DNA of 63,722 nucleotides, filler included, from Microthyrium microscopicum (Eukaryota): NCBI GenBank assembly GCA_010405405.1. It is 26 parts of 25 records of this genome, joined end to end, with 100 filler letters (N's around TTAATTAATTAA, not from the genome) between each part and the next. Parts side by side here need not be neighbours in the genome. Positions count along the whole stretch, not along the records: positions 46,391 to 48,082 come from MU004266.1; positions 48,183 to 49,790 come from MU004267.1; positions 49,891 to 51,485 come from MU004268.1; positions 51,586 to 53,133 come from MU004269.1; positions 53,234 to 54,758 come from MU004270.1; positions 54,859 to 56,321 come from MU004271.1; positions 56,422 to 57,824 come from MU004272.1; positions 57,925 to 59,318 come from MU004273.1; 18 more parts are not named here. One strand, 5' to 3'. Below are positions 46,391-59,862 of this stretch, piece after piece. The notes beneath the pieces were generated by a model. That model was not told the DNA's origin. It did no database searches and saw only the letters and a program-made list of their open reading frames with translations. The position numbers were made by a program, and so were the translations under genes. The first letter of the stretch is position 1. Each line of letters opens with the position of its first letter.

Positions 46391-48082
46391 CCTTTTTTTA
46401 AGAAAACTCTTCTTTCTATAAGTTCTACTAGCTCTTTAGTAGTTATATCTTTTATAGTTTTAATATACTTTATTTATTTAGTATATTAATCTACTATTAC
46501 TAGTATAGCGTTAAATATTATAAGTTTATATTTATAAGGTAATAAACTTATAATAAAGTCTATAATAATTTCTTACTATAGTTAGATTAGTTAAGATAGA
46601 GACTTTAACTTACTATAAAATTAATACTATTTTACTTTTATTCTTTAGTAGACTAGATAAGTTTTTACGTATATTTATACGTTCTTTTTTATCTTTAGCT
46701 AGTAGAACTATTTATAAAGTAGTTTTATAATGCCTTAGATCTCTAGGTATCTTACTAGTAGGTTATTATAGTATATTATTAAGAGTTTATCTCTTAAGAT
46801 AAGCTTATAGGATATATATAGTTAGCCCTTATAGTAAAGGTAGTCTCTTTAGACTAACTAAGTATTCTTTAGCTATTAGGTCTTTTTAGACTCTAGCTAC
46901 GTATTAAGTACTTCTTAAATATACTTAAGTTCTTTATTATTATTTTAGGTAACTTAGACTAAAGTAATTAACGCGTTTAGAGCTTTTTTATTTATAATAT
47001 ATAGGTTTTATATTACTTCTCTTACTATAATTCTTAAAATATAGATATAGTCTAGAGTAGTAACTACTTTCTAAAAGCTAAGAGAGTCTTTACTCTTCTT
47101 ACTTATAGTATCTTAGCTACTTATTTACTTATAAGGTATTTTACCTATTCTTAGTACGTTTAGTACTAGGTAGTACTTAATATTAGATATTTTATCTATA
47201 AGGTTATACTTATTTATTATTAGTATCTTACTAGTAAGTTACTTTATTAGCTTAAGACTATTTATAAAGACTAGCTTTTTTTATTCTTTCTTTAAAAGAA
47301 GTCTTAGCTTTTTCTAAAAAGTAGGTAGTAAGTTATTTATAACTTATTCTATAGTAGTATAGTTAGGTCGTCTTAATAATATATTTATAAGATTTATTTT
47401 TTTACTTTAATACTTAATATAGAAGTTATACTTTACTAATATAATTACTTAGTACGCTTAGTACTTATTTAAGTTCTTTTATTTTATAAACTCTACTAGG
47501 TTATTATAATTAGTTAGAATCTTAATAGGGTAGTAACTACCCTTAAGATAATATTACTAATATTTTATAGCCTTAATAATAGTAAGGAGCTCTTAGTTAT
47601 AAATTTAATAATTAATCTTAGCCTCTATTAATTTCTTTAACTAGAAAGTAATAGAATACTATTAGCTATCTTTCTATAGCTAAGAAAGAATACTTATAAT
47701 AGTATACTAAGATATATTAGTCTTAAAGTAGATCCTTTTCTTTAGGTTAAAATATATAAAGATAGAAGCTTTACTAAAGACTATATAGAGTATATAAAAC
47801 GCTTATACTACTTCCTTTATTTAGATAAAAAGTTTATATTTCCTTTTAAGTTATATACCTTTAAGTAAGTTAGTTAAGGATTTTACTACCTTTAAGTAGT
47901 CTTTAATAAACTTATAGTAGAAATTTATAAAGCTAATAAATACTTATATATTATTATAGCTTCTAAGTTCTAGCTACTTTATAATAAACTTAACTTAACT
48001 AAGATTTATTTTTACTCCTTTTATAGAGACTATAAAACTAAGGAATTCTACTTTATTAGTAAAGAATTAGTACTTCTTAGAA
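46391..48082 (-). mobile_element. RIP-inactivated Ty3/gypsy pol fragment (end of RT, RNase H, integrase N-terminus)
   Basis: De-RIPed minus strand gives KCxFxxxKVEFLGFIVS, ETDAS, NYEIHDQELLAI, ILTDHNNL, ADALSRRPDY, HDDPLAGHLG, ITMDFI, ILVVVDRYTK, in gypsy RT-RH-IN order. Confidence 0.85.
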
Positions 48083-49367
48083 NNNNNNNNNNNNNNNNNN
48101 NNNNNNNNNNNNNNNNNNNNNNNNNNTTAATTAATTAANNNNNNNNNNNNNNNNNNNNNNNNNNNNNNNNNNNNNNNNNNNNTAACTATATTTAGTAGCA
48201 ATAGAGCTAAGCTATAGATTATATTTTAAATAACGTAATAAATATAAGCTATTTAATAATATAGTAAAGTCCCTTACTAGCTTATTATTAGAATATCTTA
48301 AATTACTACTAAGTAGTAATACTTTTAGAAGTTAATATTATAAAGTTAAAAAAAGATTTCTAAAATCTCTTTCTTTTAGAATAAGATAATAGTAAGTTGT
48401 ATATCTAAATACTAGCTAGTCTATATTAGTCTATAAGTTAAACTATTTTATAAATCTACTCTAATTATAATTACTTAGAGCTCTATACTAGAAACTAGTA
48501 GTACTATTACTCTTATTAGTATATTAATAGCTTACTTTAGCTTAATAAGTAACTTAATATTTAAAGATATACTCTAGAGCTTATTATTAACTTTACCTTA
48601 TAATTATTATATTTATAATAAAAGAGAAGATAATTCTAAGTACTTATATATTATTTATAGAATAAAACTAGATTATAAAGGTAAAAGGTGTAGTAATAAG
48701 TTACGAAGCTAGTAGTATTTAAGTAAAGCTAGATTTAAGGTTCTACTCTAAATAGGTAGACTAAGATACGCTTAACTACTTTTAAATAATATAAGATGTT
48801 CTTAAATAATATTTTAAGTTATATAAAGATATTAGTCTAATTAAATAGCTCTTAGTAAGACTTAATTATTAGTATATAATACTTAATATTATATTATAAC
48901 TTTAAAGTCTTTTTAACTTTATATTAATGTATCTAACTTTAATATTTATACCTTCTATTATAATATAATTTATCTTAATAACTATAGTTTAAGACTAGGT
49001 ATAATTAGTATTGTTTATATCTATAGCTTATATATAACTTCCTTATTATCTATATTATAATCTTTTTAGCTATTAGTATTTTTATATTCTTTATTTTATA
49101 AAGCTAGCTAATATTAATATCTTCTATATCTAAAGTAATAACTAATTTATATTATAACGTATATTCTTACCTATTATAAGATAGTACTAATATTTCTTTA
49201 AAAGCTAAAGGTAAAGTTATAAAGCTAATTTTATTATATACTAGTATACTAGATTTAAGTATATAATATAATTCTTTCTAAAGTTTTATATATACTTAAA
49301 AGTCTTATTATAATATTAACTATTAAGTAGTATTCTTAACTTAGTATAAGTATTCTCTTTCTTAAAG

Positions 49368-49790
49368 TCTACTTACTAGCTTTATTCTAAGAATATAATT
49401 TATATACTAAATACTATATATTCCTTCCTAAAGACTACTACTAAAAATCTACTTACTAGCTTTATTCTAAGAATATAATTTGCATACTAAATATTATATA
49501 TCCCTTTCTAAAGACTATTACTAAAAATCTACTTACTAGCTTTATTTTAAGAACATAATTTGCATACTAAATACTATATATTCCTTCCTAAAGACTATTG
49601 CTAAAAATCTGCTTACTAGCTTTATTCTAAGAATATAATTTACTATACTAAATACTATTATATTCCTCTCTAAAGACTATTACTAAAATCTACTCACTAG
49701 CTTTATTCTAAGAATATAATTTACTACGCTAAATACTATTATATCTCTTCCTAAAGACTATTACTAAAATCTACTTACTAGCTTTATTTT
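49368..49790. repeat. Minisatellite, 80-81 bp unit, >5 copies, truncated by contig end
   Basis: TCTACTTACTAGCTTTATTCTAAGAATATAATTT... at 49368, 49448, 49528, 49608, 49689, 49770. Confidence 0.93.
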
Positions 49791-49890
49791 NNNNNNNNNN
49801 NNNNNNNNNNNNNNNNNNNNNNNNNNNNNNNNNNTTAATTAATTAANNNNNNNNNNNNNNNNNNNNNNNNNNNNNNNNNNNNNNNNNNNN

Positions 49891-51485
49891 AGTAGATAAA
49901 AGCTAAAGTAAGTAAATTAAAGAAAGACTTATACCTACTAGCACTTAGATAAATAACTAGTAATAACTATACCTATAATAACTAAGGTAAAGTAAATATA
50001 CTATCTATAAAGTTCTTTTCTTAAACTAGGATAATAAACCTAAATAATATAAAGGACGCTATTCTATCCCTAGAACTAGAGATAAACTATAAGGTAATAA
50101 TAAAAGAGATAAATTGTATAATTAATAGCCTCTTAAATCATAAGGTAATAAAACCTATTAATATACTAAATAAGATCTTAAAGGCTCTTAAGCTTAAGGT
50201 ATAGCCTAAAAAGGAGGATAATAATCTAAAACTAATAAAATTTAGTAAAAAGCTAGTACTTATAATTAGCAAAATACTAATAAGTAATATAATTCTAAAA
50301 TACCTAAAGTAATCCTATATGCTAGTACTAAAAAAGCTAAGTAAGAAAAACTACTTATTACTATTAGCCTACTAGCTAATTACCTTTAAAAATATTATAG
50401 TAAAGTTAGTTAAAAAGATTATTACTAATAAACTTACCTAACTTATAGAAGATAATAATCTACTACTTTAGAACTAAATAAAGGCTAGGGTAAGGTAATT
50501 AACGCTAATAATAGTATAGCTTCTAAGAAGTACTATTAAGGTAGTATAAAAAAAAAACATAAGAGCTATAGTATTAGTACTTAGCCTTAACCTTTAAGAA
50601 GCATATAATAATATTAACTTAAAGAGACTTCTTTATATTTTAAAGATAAAGGAAGTCCTCTAGTAGCTAATTAACATAGTAGTAAGCTTTACTACTAATT
50701 ATATAACCTAAATTATATTTACTAGGTACTAAAGCCTAGTAATAATAACTAATATAGAGATCTTCTAGAGATTCCTCTTTTTACTTATCCTTTTTCTCTT
50801 CTTTATATTAGAACTACTAAAATACTTTTAAAATATAAGTAATAATATTTTTAGATTTAGGTTTATAAATAATACTATATTAGTTATATAGGGTAATACT
50901 ACCTAAGAGAACTATATAAGACTAGAAAAGGCTTACTAAAAGTATACTAACTAGGTAAATAGATATAGTATAAAGTTTACTTCTAATAAGTACTAAGTAA
51001 TATACTTTACTTAAAATATCTACTACCTAGAAGTAGACTTATAATCTATAGTAATAGTAAATAGTATATCTACTAAGCTTATATTAAAGAGTATTAAGGT
51101 ACTAAGTATATAAGTAAATAGAAGAATAAACTAGAAAGACTATATTAAAAAAACTAGAACTAAAGAATTTAAGTAAGTAGTAGTACTTTTAAGAATAGTA
51201 TAGTTAAAATAAAGACTAGTCTTTAAAAAGACAAAGCTTCTTTATATAGTAGTTATTAAGCTAACTCTTATATATAGAGTATAAGTATAGAGTCTAGAAT
51301 TACTATTTCTTAAGGTACTAAAAGATTATTATAAACTACTAGTAGCAATTTAGAATAATATACTCTATAAGATAATAAGAGGATACTAATAAACTCCTAT
51401 TACTTTATTAAATAAGAAAATAAAGGTTAAACTACTCTAGATAAATACTATAATTTTAGTAAAGAAATATACTAATAAGAATAAA
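49891..51485 (+). mobile_element. RIP-inactivated Tad1-like LINE reverse transcriptase fragment
   Basis: De-RIPed motifs VLKKPGKKDY..AYRPI, LLPxNQMGAR, LSLDLxGAYDNV, GIPQGSPLSPILFLFF (~50755-50810), FGFVDDT (~50856-50876). Confidence 0.82.
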
Positions 51486-54400
51486 NNNNNNNNNNNNNNN
51501 NNNNNNNNNNNNNNNNNNNNNNNNNNNNNTTAATTAATTAANNNNNNNNNNNNNNNNNNNNNNNNNNNNNNNNNNNNNNNNNNNNCTCTTTTTTATCCTT
51601 TTCTTTTAATCTACTTATAACCTTATACTCCTCTTTATATATTATACTCTCCTTTATCCTTCTCTTCTAACCTACTTATAACTTTATACTTCTTTTTACT
51701 TACTATACTTTACTTTATTATCCTCTTTATATCTACTTATAACTTTACTTTCCTATCCTCTTTTTATCTACCTCTTTTCTATTAATAAAAATAAGCTATA
51801 AAACTCTTATTATCTATCTTATAACTTTTTATTCTTATTCTTTATATATTTCTAGCATTATTAAATAAATATTATTATTTAAGTTATTTTTTTTACTAAT
51901 ATTCTTTATAAATAATAATATTAGTAGTAAAGAAAAAAATATATAATTAATAAACTACTAATATTCTATATTTTAAAGAAATATTTATTTATATTATATT
52001 AGAAGTTTTTTAAGCTACTAAGTTAACTCTACTAATACTAGCCTATTATTAATACTATATTTAAGTTATAATAAAGATTTTATTATATCTATAAAATAAT
52101 TCTTTTTAAGCTTAATTATTACTTACTACTAATATTATTTATATATACTCTTTTTCTTAAATAACTAAGAGCTTAGATTTAAACTAAGCTATTTATACTA
52201 ATACATTCTTAGAGTAATCTCTTAGTAAATAGATATTTAAGATATAAAAGAAGAGTCTATAAGATAAGAAAGTAGCTTAAAAAGTTATAAAAGAAATTAT
52301 TATATTTCTATCTTATTAGTCTAATTATATAAAAGAAACTTATAGTAATAAGTTAGAGACTTATAGCTAATAAGAGTAGTATAAATCTATAATATAGCTT
52401 ATAAATTAAAGGTCTTAGCTTTTAAAATAGAACTAGTATCTTTAATTAAAGCTAATAATAAATAATTAGAAAATATAACTATTTATATTAAAGCTTAACT
52501 ACTTATTATATTAGGATTATAAAGTTAAAAATAGTAAGTTAAATTTATATAAGTTAGAATAAATAGTTCTATTTTAGTATTCTAATACTTTAAATAGTAC
52601 TATATCTATAATCTTATTTTCTAATTAATATTTAATTATATTTTATTAAGAAAATATTATTTTTTAGAACTCTAACTAAAGCTAATACTAATTAATAAAT
52701 ATTCTTATCCTATCTAAATTAAGTATTAGTTATAATAAACTAACTTATATCTATTAAAGAAACTAAAAAGAATCTTACGCTTAAAGCTAAATATAAGTAA
52801 ATCTCTACTACTAACTTCTTAAACTTTGCTAGTATCTTTTATACTAACTTTTAAGCCTTCTTCTAAAGCTCTAGGATAAATAAACTATTAGTCTCCTAAA
52901 CTTCTTAATCTTTTATTTCTTAAATTACCTTATTAAATAGTATCTTTTCTTAGAAGTTAGAGTACTAAGTTATTAAATTTATAATTACTTTTTACTTTAT
53001 TTTAGTAAAAATAAGACTAGTACTAAGAAAGTAATTACTATATTTATAATAAGTCTAGAAATTTATTAGTATTAATTTTAGTATTAGCTTTATTATATCT
53101 TATAATTACTTTATAAAATAATTTTAAAAGTTTNNNNNNNNNNNNNNNNNNNNNNNNNNNNNNNNNNNNNNNNNNNNTTAATTAATTAANNNNNNNNNNN
53201 NNNNNNNNNNNNNNNNNNNNNNNNNNNNNNNNNTAATTAAAGTTCTTCTACTATAAATAGAGTAGTAGCTTCCTTTAGCTTTAATATAGCCTTATCTTAG
53301 AAAGAAGTTAGTATATTATCTAATAGAGTTATAGTATAATAAGATATATTATATATATATCTAAGGTAGTAAAGAAATTAATAGATATATAGACTAGTTC
53401 TAAGGAAGTAGTTCTTAACTTTCTACTCTAGTGTTAGCTATAGTATTTAATATAATAAAGATATTAATATTAATATAAGTTAGTAGAGTATAGTAAGAGG
53501 TTTATTAACTATTTAGTTTAGTAGTAGTTATAACTACTACTAAGTAGTAGTAAACGTCTTAAAGAGTTTTTAAAGAAAAAGGAAGGAAAAGAAGAAGTAG
53601 TATATATCTATAAATAGTAATAATATATTATACTCTCTATAGTCTAGTAAGCTTTTAAAGTTTAGTAATCTTATTAAGACGTATATACCTATTACTATAT
53701 TTAGAACCTCTAAGACTTATAATAAGTAGATTTACTTTATTTATTCTAGTAATATTATAAGTATAGTTAAATTACTCTCTCTATTTATTAGATTATTTTA
53801 AAGTACTTCTATTACTCTTTCTATATAATCTACTAAGTAATTACGTAGTAAGTATTAATAGTACTATATATTACGCCTTACGCTAGCTATTAATACTAAC
53901 TTAGTAAGATTAATTTCTTAAGTATTAAAGTTATTAATTTATAGGTAGATAGCATAGCTAGCGCGTTATACTAGTTATTAATACTAGTTCTATTAGGTTA
54001 ATTAGCTATATATTAGCTTTATTATAGAGTAAGTAAATAACATAGCTAGCGCGCTATAATAACTATTAATACTAGTTCTATAAAGTTAATTAGCTATATC
54101 TTAACTTTATTATAAAGTAGGTAAAGAGTATAATTAGGTATCTTTAGTTCTATTAATTATTAAAGTTATTCTACTAGCCTCTATATTAGTTCTTTTAACT
54201 TCTTACTATATAAATATTTAGTAAGAAGCTATAGTAGCTAGAAGTAGCAAAAAGAGTACTATTAGAAAAGTAAATATAGTAAAATTTAAGAGTATTCTAA
54301 GCATTATCTAAGAAAGAAAGAGAATAAGTAAGAAGAGTAATATAAGTAAAGTAAATAGAAAGTTATAACTAAATAACGTACTTACTAACTTACTTATCCT

Positions 54401-56859
54401 TTTTTTTTAGTAAAATCTTTACCTTCTTAATATTTAGGTACTACATATTAGTATAACCTAAACTATAATTACTAATTACTCTACATATTACTTCTAACTT
54501 AATAATAGTTCTTTCTAATTACTAAAGAGTTATTAGTAACGTTTATATATATATATATATATATATATTACTAAGGAAGGAAGCTATAGTAGTATATAAG
54601 CAAATAGTAGAGTAAATCTAGTAGGCCTATTAGATATTAGACATTTACTTCTTACTAAGATTATTATTAAAGCAAGATACTAGCTAGCTCTCTTAAGTAT
54701 TACTATCTCTAAATAACTAATAAGTAGTTTTAAAGTTTATTATTTTTTATAATAGATANNNNNNNNNNNNNNNNNNNNNNNNNNNNNNNNNNNNNNNNNN
54801 NNTTAATTAATTAANNNNNNNNNNNNNNNNNNNNNNNNNNNNNNNNNNNNNNNNNNNNTTTAGTAGTAAGAAGATAGAAATATTTTCTCTTCTAGTATAG
54901 AATCTTTTAATTAAATAAGTAGAAACTTTATTAGAGCTTATATATAATAACTACGTAGCTCTTAAAGTTAAGAGAGACTACTCTTTTCCTCTTAAATATT
55001 AAGTATAAGTATAAGTATTAATTATAGTTTCTTATTTTATTATAATTATTACTAAACTTTATATTATAATTACTAAGTTAGGAACTTAGCTAACCTTATA
55101 TAAGCTAAGACTTTCTTTTAAGTTTAAGCTTATATTAGCTAAGCTCTACTTTACTATTTTAAAATATCTTTTCTTTAGGCCTTTAATACTTTCTTTCTTA
55201 CTACTATATTTCTATTTTACTACTTCTCTATAATTACTAGATTAAATAAGTTCTTTTAATTTATCTATTCTTTAGCTATTAGTATTTTATATACTTAGTA
55301 ATTACTTTAGTTTAGCTTTATAGGTATTAAATCCTTCTTCTTAAGTTAGAGATATAAATTAGTATCCTTAATTCTATAGCTTAAGGCTTTTATATGCTTA
55401 ACTATTCTTTTAATAAAGCCTTTAAGTATAATTCTCTTTTATAAATTAATTATAATATTAGATAAGCTATTCTTTTAGTACTTTTACTTTAAGAGGTTTT
55501 AGTATTTTATATATAGACTTCTAAAACTAGCTCTTCTTTAGTATAAACCTTACTTTTAGCTAGTAGTAGCCTATAGGTATAATATTTTATAATAGCTAAC
55601 TTTAAAGATATAGTATAATACTACTTAGAGGTACTAAATAAATATTTTAGTTAACTTAACTTACTAATTTTAATATATCTTTACTAAATACTCTTTACTT
55701 CTAATCTACTATTAATTTACTATATTTAATAAATCTTTCTCTTCTAGCGCTATTAACTTTATTAATAAATCTATACTAAACCTTATAGATAATATAGTAA
55801 AGATAATTTATAGAGTAAACTCTAAGTATAATTAGGGAGATTATAAGTAAGCTAAGTAAATAGTTAGAGCTAAGAATAATATAACTAAGGTAGACCTTTA
55901 TATAGAATTAAGCTATTATATTAATAAAATAGTTCTTAATATTATCTTCGTTATAAAAAAGAATATTCTTAACTAATTTAGTATAATTAAATAGCTTACT
56001 AATACTATTAGCTATAATCTTAGATATATTAAAATTATTAAATATAATTTATAATTCTTCTAAACTATTATTTTATTAGTATTTAATATCTCTTCTTATA
56101 AAGCCCTAAACTAGATTATACTTCTATATATATAATATCTTATTAGTAATAAATAAGCTCGTTAAGAACAACGTAAGTAGTAAAAGTAGCTCTATAATCT
56201 ATATAATTATTTTACTTTAAAGCTAGATATAATTCTAATTATTCTATAAATAACCTAAGCGTTTATAATATTTAATAATAAAGATATATATAGTAATTCT
56301 ACTTTTAGAGGATATTAGCTANNNNNNNNNNNNNNNNNNNNNNNNNNNNNNNNNNNNNNNNNNNNTTAATTAATTAANNNNNNNNNNNNNNNNNNNNNNN
56401 NNNNNNNNNNNNNNNNNNNNNTAAATACTATATTTATTTATTTCTTTAGGTATAAGTTACTAGTCTTAATATTTTTTAGGACTAGCTTTTTTATTAACTT
56501 ACTATTTATAGTTATAGTATTTAGGAAAAATTCTTATTTTTTATTATATTTATTAGTAGTCTACTCCTTCTATCTCTATAGAAAAGAGTCCTTTTTTATA
56601 GTACTAGCCTATTAGTTTCTTATAAGACCTTTTAATTTTATTTAGGTTTTATTTACGTCTTACTAGTAATTTACTTAGCTATAATTTTTACTATTTCTAT
56701 TTTTAGTTTTCTATTTTTTATCTTGCTAGTTAGTTACTTTTTTATAGTAAATAAAAAGCGTATAAAAATCTCTTCTCTCTTATAACGCCTTTTTTTATAG
56801 TTTTATTCTTCTTTTTTTCTTTTCTTTATAATAGTAAGCTTAAGTCTACTAGCTTCTTT

Positions 56860-57824
56860 AAAAACCTTAATTAAGTCTTATACGTTTTTATAGTCTTCTT
56901 CTTATTCCTAAGAGTTATAAATTAAGAGATAGCTTTATTAATAGATAAAGTATTTAACTTTTCCTTTCTATTTCCTTTTATTTAAGATAGCTCTTACTTT
57001 CTATTCTTCTTTATTTTTTAGCTTAATAGCTATAGAGAGCTCTAGTTCTTTTTAACCTTCTCTTTAATAATATAGCTTAAGTTTAGATATATAGAAGACG
57101 TTATAGATTTAGTAGCCTATTAGGAAGTTTAGTTAATAAGCTTATTCTCTAACTATATTTTAGATACTAAATAGTCCTATATAGTAAAAGGCTAGCTTCT
57201 TACTTAGTAGTTTAAGTTTAATATTCTTTATTAATAGTAGAACTTTATCTCTTATATAGAATAATATTAAGGTATGCTTCTTATTATAGAACTTAGCTTA
57301 GTATTCTACTACTTTTTCTTAGCGTTTCGCTATCTTTTCTTAGTCTTATTTTATTCTTATTACTCTTTACTTTACTATTACTACTTTACTTTCCTCTTCT
57401 TTAAGCCTATCCTTAGGGTTTATAAAGAGGTCTACTAAGAAGATTAGTTTATATCTTATTTTAGCTATATTTAGAGTATAGTTAAGTATTTTATTATAAG
57501 ACGTATTTATTACCTATTATATTATAAGTAAGAGGCTTAACTAGTTTGTTTAGTTTTTAGTAGTAAAGGCTTATAGATAATATCTTAGTACTAAGTTTTG
57601 CTACTTAGTTTAGCTATTAATTTATAAATACTAGGCTATAGATAGCCTATATTTTACCTTTCTTACTTAGTATAGTTTAGTCTAAAATTTACTTATAAAA
57701 ATAGATCCTCTATTTAATATAATACTTACTAGTAGGCCTTTTTTTAAGAAAACTCTTCTTTCTATAAGTTCTACTAGCTCTTTAGTAGTTATATCTTTTA
57801 TAGTTTTAATATACTTTATTTATT
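56860..57824 (-). mobile_element. RIP-inactivated Ty3/gypsy (chromovirus) integrase core and chromodomain; continues the 46391 contig
   Basis: De-RIPed GLPASIISDRGSIF, HPQTDGQTER, IHNVFHISKLEPY, and EE*KVRAILNKR..GKVKYFIY**SY..YNS*E (chromodomain, ~56863-57010). The last 88 bp equal 46391-46478. Confidence 0.82.
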
Positions 57825-59700
57825 NNNNNNNNNNNNNNNNNNNNNNNNNNNNNNNNNNNNNNNNNNNNTTAATTAATTAANNNNNNNNNNNNNNNNNNNN
57901 NNNNNNNNNNNNNNNNNNNNNNNNCTATTAATTTATTTCTATAACTAGTATAAGTATAGCTTATAAAGCCTTATCTTTAAGATAGTTATTATACTTTATT
58001 AGTCTAGAATTATAATATTCTAATATATATTAAAGAGATAGTATCTATTATTTAGAGTACTCTTAAAATAAAATATAGGAGCTATTAATAAGGATAGAAG
58101 ACTCTAGAGGTTTAAGTATTTTTCTATATTATATTATTAAAAAGATATAATAACTAAGTACCTTACTTAGTATATTTAGCTTTTTTATACTAAATATATA
58201 TTTAATAAAAGTATTTATTATATATTATAATATTAAGACTTAAAGTTATAGGTAGAGTAAGGAATTTTCTATAATCTAATTTACTATAATAAAGCTAGTT
58301 CTTAGTAGTAAACTTAATAGCTACTAACTAGAAAGCGTTTAATTCTTTAGGTAATAGAACTAGCGTAATAAGCTTAATTATAACTTTTTATTAATAGTAA
58401 CGTAAAGAGAAGTAGTTTTTATTTTTAGTAGCTAATAAGAAAAGCTTTTTTAGAAGATTTAGAAGTTATTATTCTTTAGTAGCTTAATAATAATATTATA
58501 AAAGCTTTTAGTAGCTAAATAGAAAGAAATATTAGATAGTACTATTAATAGGTTTAGGGCTAAATATCTCTAAAGTCGTAACTAAATTAAAACTTACTAG
58601 AATATTACTATTATTAAACTAAACTTAACTCTTATATACCCTATCTTTTACTAATATTCTTAATATATTCTCTATACTTTACTATACTTTTTTTTACTTA
58701 TATCTATAGCTATTATATCTTATATTATATTTAGGTACCTATTACTATTATTTAAATTAAATAAGTAGCTATCTATAGTAGCTATAATATATAATAAACT
58801 TATAACTAAAATTAAGCTAAACTATATACTAAAGCAAAAGGTTATTAAGATTTTTAGACTTATTAATACCTTATTTAATATACTTTAGCTTATATCTATT
58901 AGTACTATATTAGAGTACTAGAGCGCTAGAGCTAAACTCTTTTTCTAACTTTCTTAATTTTCTACTACTAGAGTATAGGCTCCTCTTTATCTTTAAATAA
59001 GTTTAAGTAATAACTTATAGAACTTAAGATAGTATTATATTAATAATAAAATAGTATTAATATAATATTATTTCTTAGAGAGTTAATATATAGCTACTAT
59101 AAAAGTAGAATAGTCTTAGAGTAGTACTATAGAAGAGTAATTATAGTACTAGTACTAAGGTAAATATTACTATATTACCTTAATAGTATTCTTATAAGTA
59201 TTATATTATAAGTATATACTAATTATATAATAATAATAATAATAATATATAGTAGTATACTACTAAAGTATAGATTCTTTCTCTTCTATAAATAAGTTTA
59301 AGTAATAATTTATAATACNNNNNNNNNNNNNNNNNNNNNNNNNNNNNNNNNNNNNNNNNNNNTTAATTAATTAANNNNNNNNNNNNNNNNNNNNNNNNNN
59401 NNNNNNNNNNNNNNNNNNATAGTAGCTATAATATTAGTTACTAGTAGCTAATATTAGCTATTAGTAGCTAAAATAGCTACTATCTAAAAATGCGTTATTT
59501 TTAGCTATTATAAAATAATCTAGTTCTTTAAGAATATATAAGGAGTTAGATAACGTAATCTAGTACGTAATTATTACGTAATAGAGTACGTAATGGCATG
59601 TAATTATAATATTAAGATCTAGTAATTTCTAGATCTTAATATTATATATTAAATATTATAGATTTAAATAGCTTAAGTAGCTACTATAGAATAATTTAGC

Positions 59701-59862
59701 TGTTAGGAGTTGAACCCCCTAAAGCTATGCCCGTTTAGGCTACCCCTATTATATATAAATACCTTAATTAAAGAGTCTCTTAACTCTTCTTTCTCTCTAA
59801 GTTACCTTTCTATTTAGTAGGCTTATAATATAACTTGTCTCTTCGTTATCTAACCTATAATA
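59701..59862 (+). repeat. Possible short LTR relic (~162 bp)
   Basis: Begins TGTTAGG, has TATATAAATA, ends CCTATAATA (possibly a RIPed ...AACA end). Locally less RIPed than its flanks. Flanks TTAGC/TTAGG are only an imperfect TSD. Confidence 0.35.
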
